Origin: an uncultured Candidatus Bathyarchaeia archaeon
GTDB taxonomy: Archaea; Thermoproteota; Bathyarchaeia; Bathyarchaeales; Bathyarchaeaceae
Reading direction: 5' to 3'
NCBI GenBank assembly: GCA_964623205.1
Contig: CAZUQX010000006.1
Span: 45,354-109,353 of the forward strand
Length of the DNA stretch: 64,000 nt
Under the pieces are notes generated by a model, which saw only the letters and a list, made by a program, of their open reading frames with translations, searched no databases and had not been told where the DNA came from. The position numbers and the translations under genes were made by a program. Below are positions 28,627-37,657 of this stretch, piece by piece. Numbering within the stretch: position 1 is the first letter of the stretch; each line of letters opens with the position of its first letter.

Positions 28627-29088
28627 TTAGCCGCTTCCAACTATTGTGATGTCGAAACTAAAGGTTGTTATACCCTCAATGCTTGCTGACACAATTAACG
28701 TGAACGTAACTTGGATCACATCATCCGGGTTGAGTGTCTGCCCGCCGTAGTCCCAGCTGAGTTCTAGGTAACCTGAAGCAGCTGAGGGGTTCCAGTTCGA
28801 GGTGTACATCGATAGCGTCGATGGACCGGTTCCTTCGCATCTAATGTAACATACAAAATTTTGGCTTGATCCTGGCTCGAGTGTTCCCCAAGGAATGGAA
28901 GTTACTGGAGTTGTGCACGCGGCATTCGAATAGACACCGACTCCAATAGTCTGTATCGTTCCTGAACTCGATAATGTTTTAGTCGTTTGGAGTGCAGGGA
29001 ATGCTTGACCCACTAAAGTTATAACCAATGTGTAGGCAGCGATTATGACTATGGAGCCTGTGAGTATTGCTTCCTTCTTTTGCATCAA
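28627..29088 (-). CDS. Small exported/anchored beta-sandwich protein, paralogue B
   Basis: 'GTIQTIGVGVY...IPWGTL...YIRC...NWNP...LSWDYGGQTLNPDDVIQVTFTL...FSFDITIV' aligns with the protein at 22982-23491. Confidence 0.6.
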   Translation of the reverse strand: MMQKKEAILTGSIVIIAAYTLVITLVGQAFPALQTTKTLSSSGTIQTIGVGVYSNAACTTPVTSIPWGTLEPGSSQNFVCYIRCEGTGPSTLSMYTSNWNPSAASGYLELSWDYGGQTLNPDDVIQVTFTLIVSASIEGITTFSFDITIVGSG

Positions 29089-29420
29089 CTACACCTTTTG
29101 TTATAATATATATTAAGACTTAATAAACGTTTTTGTGTAAATGGGCTACACATATACAGATCTTTTCACATTCCAAAAAATCAGGCACTATACATTAAAA
29201 AAGAGTTAATACGTGGATAAATTCGATTTCAGCATATCTAGTAAATTTATTGGTTAAGGGAGGTTAAATTAAACCGTAGTTTCCATTAATTTCCTTACAA
29301 CTTTCCAAAATTATTCTCGGTATTTTCAATTCCATACGGAAATCACACTTTGGCCGCGCAGTAGTGTTAATATTTGTCAACAAGAATAGGTGAGCATTAA
29401 GATGATTGAGGAAACAGTTT

Positions 29421-30020
29421 ATGTATGCTGTTGGACACTTTGCTCTAGGCTACCTAACCGGAAAACTCACATCCAAATCATTAAATGTCAACATTAATCT
29501 CCCATTGGTGTTCCTCGCATCCGTTTTTCCTGACATCGATCTTCTGATACCTGGTTTGTATCATCGAGGACCCCTTCATTCTGTGATAGTTTATTGCCTC
29601 CTCTTCCTTCCTATATTTCTACTCTACAGAAAAAGAGCCGCCCCTTATTTTGTGGCGGTAATCCAGCATCTCATCATCGGAGACTACATAACAGGCGGCA
29701 CACAATTACTATGGCCTGCATCCAATTACATGTATACCTTGGACATTGGAATAGAAAGTCTAACCAACATTGCCCTTGAATGGGTTCTCTTCCTCGTTTC
29801 CATTACGTTTATGTTCAAAACAAAGGACGTTTTGTCACTATTCAACCACCATTCATCAAACCTGATCCTATCCGTGCCAGTCTTGACCGTTCTCTTGCCT
29901 ACAGTCATAAGTTTCCCCATGTACGTTCCCTTAGCATTGTTCATCCCCCACCTTGTCTATCTAACTCTTTTTAGCTACTCCATTCTCTTAGATTGGAAAG
30001 AAATTCTGAAAAAAACCTGA
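29421..30020 (+). CDS. Membrane-bound metal-dependent hydrolase-like protein (DUF457/YdjM-like)
   Basis: 'MYAVGHFALGYLTG', 'FPDIDLLIPG' and 'HRGPLHS' sit between TM helices. The ATG lies 8 nt after GAGGAA. Confidence 0.5.
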   Translation: MYAVGHFALGYLTGKLTSKSLNVNINLPLVFLASVFPDIDLLIPGLYHRGPLHSVIVYCLLFLPIFLLYRKRAAPYFVAVIQHLIIGDYITGGTQLLWPASNYMYTLDIGIESLTNIALEWVLFLVSITFMFKTKDVLSLFNHHSSNLILSVPVLTVLLPTVISFPMYVPLALFIPHLVYLTLFSYSILLDWKEILKKT

Positions 30021-30268
30021 AAAATAATTAGCCGACATTTTACAACACTAACCAACTATTACTGGCTAATTTTGCTTCATCTTTTCTAATTGGTAAGTAT
30101 CTCCGGGCTACTCTGCCCTAAACAAGACGGCGACCGGCGATACTCCAGTGGAAACGCTAAATTTTTTCTGAGCGATAACCAAGCACGTTAATTCAATATC
30201 TACCAACGTTTATTAACACTAACGATCAAATCTACCGTGCGGAAACCTAACCATTTCAGGAGACCAAG

Positions 30269-31234
30269 ATGATGATTAAAGTCGGTGTCGTCGGACTTGG
30301 GTTCATGGGCTCTGCCCACGCTAGGGTTTACAGCCAACTGAAAGGATGCGAGTTAGTCGCTATTTGTGATAACAATCGAGAGAAAAAGCACCTGGCAAAA
30401 ACGTACAACTGCAAATTTTTTGAGAATATTGAAGATTTTTTCGGGGAGAATTTAGATGCAATGAGTGTCTGTACCCCAACCTCCACACACAAAGAGGTGG
30501 TCATAGGAGCTTTAGAGAACGGAAAACATGTACTCGTCGAAAAACCCTTAGCCGACAGCTTGAGAAACGGCGAAGAAATTGTGAAAAAAGCGGCCAAACT
30601 GGACAGGTTATTGGCTGTAGGATACATTGAAAGGTTTAATCCCGCGGTTAGTAAGCTAAAGGAAATTGTGGATTTTTCTGAAGTGTATTCCACAGTTTCT
30701 ATCAGGTTCGGTCCATTTCCGCCAAGAATTAAGGATATAGGCGTATTTTTAGATTTGGCATCACATGAAATAGACATGTTAAGTTATCTCACAAAAATTC
30801 AACCAGAGGTTCTCTATACTCACGTTTCCAGCAGTTCAAACAGCATTTTTGAAGATTATGCGTATATTTCGTTGAAGTACGGGCATATACATAGTCACAT
30901 TGAGACAAGCTGGCTCCCTAACTATAAACTGCGTTTTATTCATCTATATGGAAACGAAGAGTTTTACACCCTAAATTATGCTCAACAAAATCTAAAAACC
31001 AATAGACCTCCACCAGAAGCCAAAATGGAACATGGAAACTGGAAAGATATCTTGTGGCTATCCAGAAACGTTGAAGAAGACATACCAGTTTCATCAAATG
31101 AACCACTAGAGCTGGAATTGAACTGCTTTATCGAATCCGTAAAAAGGAATGAAGTGTTGGACCCGCTTTGTAATACGCAGGACGGGCTTCAAATATTAAA
31201 AATTGCAGAAAGCGCATTCAGTAAACTTAAATGA
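30269..31234 (+). CDS. Gfo/Idh/MocA-family oxidoreductase (sugar-nucleotide dehydrogenase-like)
   Basis: 'IKVGVVGLGFMGSAHARVY' and 'HVLVEKPLA'. Confidence 0.8.
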   Translation: MMIKVGVVGLGFMGSAHARVYSQLKGCELVAICDNNREKKHLAKTYNCKFFENIEDFFGENLDAMSVCTPTSTHKEVVIGALENGKHVLVEKPLADSLRNGEEIVKKAAKLDRLLAVGYIERFNPAVSKLKEIVDFSEVYSTVSIRFGPFPPRIKDIGVFLDLASHEIDMLSYLTKIQPEVLYTHVSSSSNSIFEDYAYISLKYGHIHSHIETSWLPNYKLRFIHLYGNEEFYTLNYAQQNLKTNRPPPEAKMEHGNWKDILWLSRNVEEDIPVSSNEPLELELNCFIESVKRNEVLDPLCNTQDGLQILKIAESAFSKLK

Positions 31235-31351
31235 GAAACAAAATGGGTAACAGTAGGCTTCTGCAGTCAAATAGGGAATTTTCAATCTTCAAGCTTAGTA
31301 GTTATCAAGCGCTTAACTATCTTCGTATCTTCTCAAAAATTTGGATTCTGT

Positions 31352-32515
31352 CTATTGTTTCCAACCTTTCTTGAAGGGTGATATTTTTCTTAATCGTTCT
31401 ACTGCTTTTGGTACTACTTCCAGAACGTAATTAACGTCTTCTTTTGTAGTGTATTTTCCTAAAGAGAGTCTTAGGGAGCCGTGGGCTTCTTGGGGCTTCA
31501 GTCCTATAGCCAGCAAGACATGACTTGCTTCGAGGGAATCAGAAGAACACGCTGAACCTGTTGAAGTGGATACACCTACCATATCTAGCTGCAAGAGTAA
31601 AGATTCTCCCTCGATATAACCAAACCAGAAACTGGTGTTGTTAGGCAGCCTTTTTGTTAAATGGCCATTCAGATGTGTATCCTCTATCTTCAAAAGACCC
31701 TTTATCAGCTTGTCCCTGAGGATGATCTGTTTTTTAGCATCCGAAGCCATCTCTTTCTCTTGGATTCTAACCGCTTCCGCGAAGCCAACAATTCCGGCAA
31801 CGTTTACTGTTGATGATCTACTTCCGAACTCATGTCCTCCTCCATGCAACAGGGGCTCAATTTTTGAGCCTTTCCGCACATACAGTCCACCAACCCCTTT
31901 TGGGCCATACATTTTGTGGGAGTTAATGGATAACAAATCAATGTTCATCCCCTTAACATCGATGGGAAGCTTGCCGAAACTCTGGGCAGCGTCTGAGTGA
32001 AAGTATACGCCTTTCTCTCTGCAGAGTTTTCCTATTTTTGCGATGTCCTGTAATGTGCCTATTTCGTTGTTGGCATGCATTATCGAAACTAAGATCGTGT
32101 CTTTTCTTATCGCGATTTCTAACTGGGTTAGATTGACAAATCCAAATTTGTCTACTGGGAGACGGGTGATTTCGAATCCTTGCTTTTCCAACCAACGAGC
32201 AGGTTCGAGAACAGAGTGATGCTCTATCGAGGACACTATTATGTGCTTTCCTCGCTTTCTATTAGCGAATGCGACTCCCTTCAATGCCATATTGTTGGAT
32301 TCTGTAGCGCTACCCATGAATATAATTTCATTAGGTTCAGCGTTCATCATTGCTGCGACGACATTTCTGGATTCGTCTAAAGCTTTTTTTGCTTCTCTGC
32401 CCTGTGTGTGCAGAGACATCGTGTTTCCATATTTTTCACTGAAGTAAGGTCGCATGGCTTTGAGAACTCTAGGATCAACTGGTGTAGTTGCGGCATAGTC
32501 CATGTATACGTTCAT
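31352..32515 (-). CDS. Cysteine desulfurase (NifS/IscS, class V aminotransferase)
   Basis: 'MDYAATTPVDPRV', the PLP-lysine region 'SINSHKMYGPKGVGGLYVR', and the active-site loop 'STGSACSS'. Confidence 0.9.
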   Translation of the reverse strand: MNVYMDYAATTPVDPRVLKAMRPYFSEKYGNTMSLHTQGREAKKALDESRNVVAAMMNAEPNEIIFMGSATESNNMALKGVAFANRKRGKHIIVSSIEHHSVLEPARWLEKQGFEITRLPVDKFGFVNLTQLEIAIRKDTILVSIMHANNEIGTLQDIAKIGKLCREKGVYFHSDAAQSFGKLPIDVKGMNIDLLSINSHKMYGPKGVGGLYVRKGSKIEPLLHGGGHEFGSRSSTVNVAGIVGFAEAVRIQEKEMASDAKKQIILRDKLIKGLLKIEDTHLNGHLTKRLPNNTSFWFGYIEGESLLLQLDMVGVSTSTGSACSSDSLEASHVLLAIGLKPQEAHGSLRLSLGKYTTKEDVNYVLEVVPKAVERLRKISPFKKGWKQ

Positions 32516-32751
32516 GGTGTAACACGTAGAGACATAACACCGTTATAGCTATTTAAATTTACCTTGGCGACAAACATCACCAACTAAAGTTTCTGTAATA
32601 TCTATCCTACCGGTAATTCTGTCGGAATAATCAGAAGAACCCGACTATCGGCGGATACCTAGTGAATACCATGATGTATTCCCTGTGGCGTCTGTTTTCT
32701 GGGGTTTATGGTCACTGTTAAATCGTATGATGTCCCTAATACTTCTGTAGG

Positions 32752-33234
32752 TTGTTGGTTTTGAGGTTCATAGCTGATGGCATGCTCGGCAAATTAACCC
32801 GATGGCTTCGCATGCTCGGGCACGATGTCAATTACTTCAGGTCCACTGATGACAAAAAACTTGTTGAAATGGCAAAATCTGAGAAACGGGTTCTACTGAC
32901 ACGCGACCTCAAGCTCTACCAGCAAGCTGCTACCCAAGGAGTAGAAGCAATCTTGGTTGAGGCAACAGATGAAGCTGAAAAACTCGCTGATCTCGCTAAC
33001 CGATTCAATTTCAAATTGGAAATTGACTTAAGCGTTTCCCGTTGCCCAAAATGCAATACAACAATCAAACCTGTTTCTAAAGAGACAGAGATGCATCAGA
33101 TACCCGAAGCAACATCCACGCACTACAACAATTTCTGGAAGTGTCCACAATGCGGTCAGGTATATTGGCAAGGGGCTCACTGGAAGAAAATAGAAAAAAC
33201 TCTAAAAGAAGCAAACGACAGGCTTCTAGTCTGA
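32752..33234 (+). CDS. Mut7-C (DUF82) PIN-like RNase-domain protein with C-terminal zinc ribbon
   Basis: 'FIADGMLGKLTRWLRMLGHDV', followed by 'CPKCN...CPQCGQVYWQGAHW'. Confidence 0.75.
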   Translation: MLVLRFIADGMLGKLTRWLRMLGHDVNYFRSTDDKKLVEMAKSEKRVLLTRDLKLYQQAATQGVEAILVEATDEAEKLADLANRFNFKLEIDLSVSRCPKCNTTIKPVSKETEMHQIPEATSTHYNNFWKCPQCGQVYWQGAHWKKIEKTLKEANDRLLV

Positions 33235-33631
33235 GCCGTCGTTTCACAATATTTGAAATCCCGTTTTATTAGCTGTTCTTCTTCTACGTAATGCTTATTT
33301 GAATCTCCTCTGATTCTCTCAAAGATATCAATGCTGAAACACAAAGAATGGGGAGGTGAAACCGTTTGATTGAGGAAGACTGGGGAGAAGATAAAGATGA
33401 GGAGGACGAGGAGGACGAGGAATGGTGAAAAAGGACAGAGACAAGCAGATTATTTCAAATTTTTTAATTTACAATATCTCTTTTCGCCGTTTGAACGAAA
33501 TCAAGAAACGGACGATTTGTTCCTGCAGCATTCTTTTCTCTTGCGTCTGTGTATAGAACCGTTATAAAAGAGCGTTGTTCTGTAATGAAAATTGTTAAAA
33601 TTTGATCCATTAGTTGTAACTTCTAGTCCCC

Positions 33632-33640
33632 CGCGCGCAC
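33632..33640. repeat. Intergenic alternating-GC motif
   Basis: CGCGCGCAC, in the 33235-33810 spacer. Confidence 0.7.
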
Positions 33641-33751
33641 ATTAACAGAAACTTTGGTTTAGGGGATTAAAAATTAATTTTTTTCTCTCTGTCTGTTTCT
33701 CTGTATGTCTGTCAAAAAATAGTGTTTGAACTCTTCGGGATTGTACAGAAG

Positions 33752-33761
33752 GTGCGCGCAG
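33752..33761. repeat. Intergenic alternating-GC motif
   Basis: GTGCGCGCAG lies about 50 nt downstream of the minus-strand gene that ends at 33811. Confidence 0.7.
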
Positions 33762-33810
33762 AATATTCATTAGAAATCAGCAGGAATACCAGTTTAGCAA
33801 TAGCAATCCT

Positions 33811-34416
33811 CTACTTGGATTTCACTCGTTTTATGACTGCTAGCGCTGGAATTGCACTAATCATTCCCAATAATGAAACTATTGTACCTACAGGAACTTC
33901 AGGTATGACATGAACAAGAAATAGAGTACAATCGAACGCTGTTTCAAAGAGGCAGCAACATTCTCCATCTTCCCAAGAGATGAAAGCAAAAATTACTTTA
34001 TATTCACCCATTAATTCTGTGCTTGGCCCCCCATTGATACCATTGAAATCATCCGGAAAAACCACGGTTTCACTTCCTCCTCCTGCATCAGGAAAGCTAA
34101 CTACCTTAAAAGAAACAATTTTCCCTCCTATCTTATCCGCGAGCTCTGTCTGAATATTACTTGGTAAATTGTTGTACAACGCTTTAAGAGCCGGATGAGC
34201 GCCGAGAAAGTCCATCCAAGGTGTTCCTTCAGCTGGTTGAACAACAATTAATATCCCGATTCCCCTTTCGTTTGCCATGACAGTTATGTTCTGATCTTCA
34301 AGTGGCATAATCTCAGTATTTTCGACACTAACATCAACATCTAAAGAAGCGTATGCTACAGAAGAGAATATGAGAATTAATAATGGAATAGCTGCTGCTA
34401 AATATCTTGCTTTCAT
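33811..34416 (-). CDS. Secreted protein with HVIPEVP-type C-terminal sorting signal
   Basis: The signal peptide is 'AAAIPLLILIFSSVAYA'. The C-terminus is 'VHVIPEVPVGTIVSLLGMISAIPALAVIKRVKSK'. Confidence 0.7.
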   Translation of the reverse strand: MKARYLAAAIPLLILIFSSVAYASLDVDVSVENTEIMPLEDQNITVMANERGIGILIVVQPAEGTPWMDFLGAHPALKALYNNLPSNIQTELADKIGGKIVSFKVVSFPDAGGGSETVVFPDDFNGINGGPSTELMGEYKVIFAFISWEDGECCCLFETAFDCTLFLVHVIPEVPVGTIVSLLGMISAIPALAVIKRVKSK

Positions 34417-34644
34417 CCTATTATCCCAATTTAACGTTATATGTTCTTAATCGGTATTTAAATGCCAATAGTGAAATCTTCTAGAAAATCATGTGCAAAA
34501 ACTATCGCATTCCTTGGTTTGCTTTTGCGTTAGGCGATCATTCATGTTAAGCATAGAAAATTAGTCTATATTTTCTATAAACAAAATCCATTAAAAGTTA
34601 CATATAAAAAATAAATAAACTGGAAGTAAGGACGGAGAGAATTT

Positions 34645-35226
34645 ATGAAAAAATTTGCCGGTTTATTGATTATTCTGGCGTTAGCCGTAACAGTGTTTGC
34701 TGGAATATCAACTTCAGTTAATGCTGTGGTGATAGATGGTGACTATAAAGTCGAGCTTGTTAGTGTAGTTTACAATCCAGGCACAAACCTACAAAATTGG
34801 ACATACAACATATCCTGTATAAATAGCCCTGGAATAAGCCACATTATCTTTGAATTCAAAGAGATTTGCGACCCCCCGCTTTCAGCAATAGATGATGCTG
34901 GTCCTCCTCCTGTAGAAATCTCAGAAGATTATGACGACGACGATCCGACGACTGGCAAAGTTGGAATAAAGTTTGACGAACTCGAAATGGAACCTGGTGA
35001 ATGGACATTAGTGTGGTTCACTTTGGTAGGAGAATGGCCTGTTGGATCAATTGAAGTGTGGGTTAAAGCAGCAAATGACGTTTTAGTATCCGGTATAGTT
35101 GACGGACCAGAATGTATTCCTAACCATGTTATTCCTGAAGTACCCTTCGGTGCTGTCATGGCAAGCGCGTCAATGCTGGTTGCGTTAGTAGCTTATTCGA
35201 TATTGCGCAAAAGAAAAATTCAATAA
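34645..35226 (+). CDS. Secreted protein with HVIPEVP-type C-terminal sorting signal
   Basis: The signal peptide is 'LLIILALAVTVFAGISTSVNA'. The C-terminus is 'NHVIPEVPFGAVMASASMLVALVAYSILRKRKIQ'. Confidence 0.7.
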   Translation: MKKFAGLLIILALAVTVFAGISTSVNAVVIDGDYKVELVSVVYNPGTNLQNWTYNISCINSPGISHIIFEFKEICDPPLSAIDDAGPPPVEISEDYDDDDPTTGKVGIKFDELEMEPGEWTLVWFTLVGEWPVGSIEVWVKAANDVLVSGIVDGPECIPNHVIPEVPFGAVMASASMLVALVAYSILRKRKIQ

Positions 35227-35240
35227 CCGCATCCTATTTT

Positions 35241-35250
35241 TCGCGCGCAT
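35241..35250. repeat. Intergenic alternating-GC motif
   Basis: TCGCGCGCAT lies 15 nt after the stop at 35226 and is preceded by TTTTT. Confidence 0.75.
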
Positions 35251-35370
35251 AGGGCGATTAAATGGGAATGTGGTTTTTTTCCGGATATATTGTTCAATAA
35301 TGTTAATTCAATTCTCTTGATGCTAAACTAAATGGGAATATAGTAAAAAGTGTGGGGTAAAGAGAAAAAA

Positions 35371-35646
35371 TTACCCTGGCAGTAGCCATTTGAGGGGTAT
35401 GTCTTGGTATGTTCCGTCTGGGAGGGTTCTTCGGATAGTGAGAGGAAGTGTCTTCGTATCTAGCTCCAAGAGCGCGATGTCAATAGGACCGGCGCGGGCT
35501 TCTGGAGACTGGATAATGATGGGAGCGCCCATAGCAATCTGTAGGGCCCTAGCTCCTACTATCCGAGCTCTCTCAAACCGAGTCAGTTTAGAAGGCCCGA
35601 TGGAAACTTCGGTCTTCTCGCTCGTTTCTCTAGAACGCTCCTGCAC
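35371..35646 (-). CDS. rpoK: DNA-directed RNA polymerase subunit K (Rpo6)
   Basis: '[23 protein letters not shown]' is the Rpo6/RpoK core. The only in-frame starts are GTG 35646 and GTG 35691, and both overlap the thermosome 3' end. Confidence 0.85.
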   Translation of the reverse strand: MQERSRETSEKTEVSIGPSKLTRFERARIVGARALQIAMGAPIIIQSPEARAGPIDIALLELDTKTLPLTIRRTLPDGTYQDIPLKWLLPG

Positions 35647-37306
35647 CTGGAGGTCCCATTCCCATTCCGCCCATTCCTCCCATTCCACCACCGCCTGGTG
35701 GCATTGGAGGAGTCTTCATTTTTCCTGAAGCTATTACATCATCAATCTTTAGGATCAAAGTCGCGGCTTCGGTACAGGATTTGATAATCTGCTTTTTAAC
35801 CACTATGGGCTCGAAGACACCAATTTTTTCCATGTCTCCAGCTTTGCCAGTGTTGACGTCAACTCCTGCCCAAACTTCTCCCTTCTCATGGTGAGCTCTT
35901 AATTCAGATATAATGTCAATAGGATCAAGTCCAGCGTTCTCGGCTAACGTGGTGGGTATTGCTTCAAGAGCCTCGGCGAACTGCATGACCGCGAGTTGTT
36001 CTCTTCCAGGAAGCGACTCGGCGTATTCCCTGAGAACTTTTGCGACCTCCATTTCTGGTGCACCGCCTCCAGCCATAATCTTTGGTTCCTCAACCACATC
36101 TCTTACAACACAGAGGGCATCATGTAATGAACGTTCTGCCTCGTCAACTATTCTCTCGGTTCCTCCGCGTATGAGAATTGTGACCGCCAGCGGATTTTTG
36201 CATCCTTCTACGAAGGTCATCTTGTCGTCGCCGATTTTCCGTTCTTCTACGAGTTGGGCGTAACCTAGGTCTTTCGCGTTCAAGTCATCTATGTTTGTGA
36301 CAACTTTTGCGCCTGTTGCCTTAGCTAAAGCTTCCATATCTGATTTTTTTACTCGGCGAACCGCTAAAACATTCTTCCTAGAGAGGAAGTGTTGAGCTAG
36401 GTCGTCAATGCCTTTTTGGCAGAGGATGACTGTTGCGCCTTTGGCGACAAGCTTCTCCACCATATCTTTTATCATATTCTCTTCTTGTTTGAGGAAAGCG
36501 TCCATTTGCTCTGGGCTTTCAATATTTATTTTTGCGTCGAACTCGGTTTTCTCAATCTCAAGGGCAGTATCTATCAAAACGATTTTTGCTTTCTCCACCC
36601 TTTTTGGCATGCCGGAGTGAACAACCTCTTTGTCAAGAACTATGCCGTTTATGAGTTTTGTATCTGTAAGGGACTCACCAGGTTTTTTCTCCACATTGAC
36701 GTTGTCAATATCCACTTTATAGCCGCCTCCAGTCTTTACGGCAACTTGGAGAATCGCCGAAGTAGCAATCTCACCTAGATATTCCCTACTTCCTGCCACC
36801 AGCTTGCTAGCCATGGAGGTCATGGCAACTTTCTCGATGGCCTTTTTGTCGGTGGGACTGATTGTTATCGCGATTTTTTCTAGAGTTTCTAGCGCTTTGT
36901 CAGCGGCTTTTCGGTATCCGTCGATGATGACTGTTGGATGAACATTTTTGTCTATGAGAGTTTCAGCTTTTGAAAGAAGTTCTCCTGCTATTATTACAGA
37001 ACTGGTTGTGCCGTCTCCCACTTCGTCGTCTTGGGTTTTGGCAACCTCCACCATCATCTTGGCGGCGGGGTGTTGAATATCCATTTCGTCTAGAACTGTG
37101 CGTCCGTCGCTGGTTATAGTTACGTCTCCGAAACTGTCTACCAGCATCTTGTCCATTCCTCTTGGTCCAAGGGCGCTCTTTACTGCTTCAGCTACTATTT
37201 GCGCAGCCATTATGTTGGCGTGCTGGGCTTCTTGCCCTCTTGACCGGGATGCTCCTTCACGGAGTATGAGAACAGGTGTTCCAGCTAATCCAGAAGACAA
37301 TCTCAA
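35630..37306 (-). CDS. ths: Thermosome subunit (group II chaperonin)
   Basis: '[39 protein letters not shown]', 'VGDGTTS' and the C-terminal '[11 protein letters not shown]' tail. The TTG start sits behind AAGGAG. Confidence 0.95.
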   Translation of the reverse strand: MRLSSGLAGTPVLILREGASRSRGQEAQHANIMAAQIVAEAVKSALGPRGMDKMLVDSFGDVTITSDGRTVLDEMDIQHPAAKMMVEVAKTQDDEVGDGTTSSVIIAGELLSKAETLIDKNVHPTVIIDGYRKAADKALETLEKIAITISPTDKKAIEKVAMTSMASKLVAGSREYLGEIATSAILQVAVKTGGGYKVDIDNVNVEKKPGESLTDTKLINGIVLDKEVVHSGMPKRVEKAKIVLIDTALEIEKTEFDAKINIESPEQMDAFLKQEENMIKDMVEKLVAKGATVILCQKGIDDLAQHFLSRKNVLAVRRVKKSDMEALAKATGAKVVTNIDDLNAKDLGYAQLVEERKIGDDKMTFVEGCKNPLAVTILIRGGTERIVDEAERSLHDALCVVRDVVEEPKIMAGGGAPEMEVAKVLREYAESLPGREQLAVMQFAEALEAIPTTLAENAGLDPIDIISELRAHHEKGEVWAGVDVNTGKAGDMEKIGVFEPIVVKKQIIKSCTEAATLILKIDDVIASGKMKTPPMPPGGGGMGGMGGMGMGPPGAGAF

Positions 37307-37349
37307 TCATTTCTCCTTATTTTGTTTCGGAACACTAGAAAATGCCTTG

Positions 37350-37359
37350 TAAATATAAA
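37350..37359 (-). promoter_or_regulatory. Candidate TATA box of the thermosome promoter
   Basis: The minus strand reads TTTATATTTA about 45-50 nt upstream of the TTG start. This spacing fits a leader of roughly 20 nt that carries the SD. Confidence 0.4.
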
Positions 37360-37372
37360 CATTGCTGTGGAG

Positions 37373-37423
37373 GGAACTGTTTCGTCTGCGTCGGATTGGT
37401 AATCTGGTTTTTTTCGTCGGATA
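37373..37423. repeat. Left terminal inverted repeat of the IS
   Basis: GGAACTGTTTCGTCTGCGTCGGATT... The first 25 nt are identical to the reverse complement of 39774-39798. Overall about 46 of 51 positions match. It contains two CGTCGGAT sub-repeats. Confidence 0.85.
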
Positions 37424-37657
37424 GTTGGGTTACGAAGAGTCTTTATTGTTAACACAAGTTTTAAGCTGTAAAATGGGTATAGAGAAATTAGTGAGCAAAA
37501 AGGGGGATAATTAAGTTGGGTGAGAAAATTAAAAACACTTTGTCAAAAATAGAAGCAGAAATTAAAAAAGAATCGAGAGTAGCACGTGGTTATGGATATT
37601 ATCAAAAAGTAATTTTGGTTGATAGAGTTATGGAAATTATTGAAAAACACTTTGAAA

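Noticed and set aside
30328-30777. 149-aa minus-strand ORF
   Set aside because: It is antisense to the third Gfo/Idh/MocA oxidoreductase gene, which has a Rossmann GxGxxG motif on the plus strand.
33370-33567. 65-aa basic ORF ('MRKTGEKIKMRRTRRTRNGEKG...')
   Set aside because: It has no SD, and its basic run is merely the GAG/GAC-repeat DNA read out of frame. The acidic frame carries the perfect SD and is reported as a low-confidence finding instead.
35630-35700. GGM/GGMG repeat DNA at the thermosome 3' end as a possible novel repeat
   Set aside because: This is the well-known flexible Gly-Met C-terminal tail of group II chaperonins, so it is not novel.
35913-36778. Plus-strand ORFs (35913-36263, 36408-36620, 36416-36778, and also 37098-37352) inside the thermosome locus
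   Set aside because: They are antisense to an unmistakable group II chaperonin gene. Their Ser/Ala/Phe-rich, low-complexity translations are typical of shadow ORFs.
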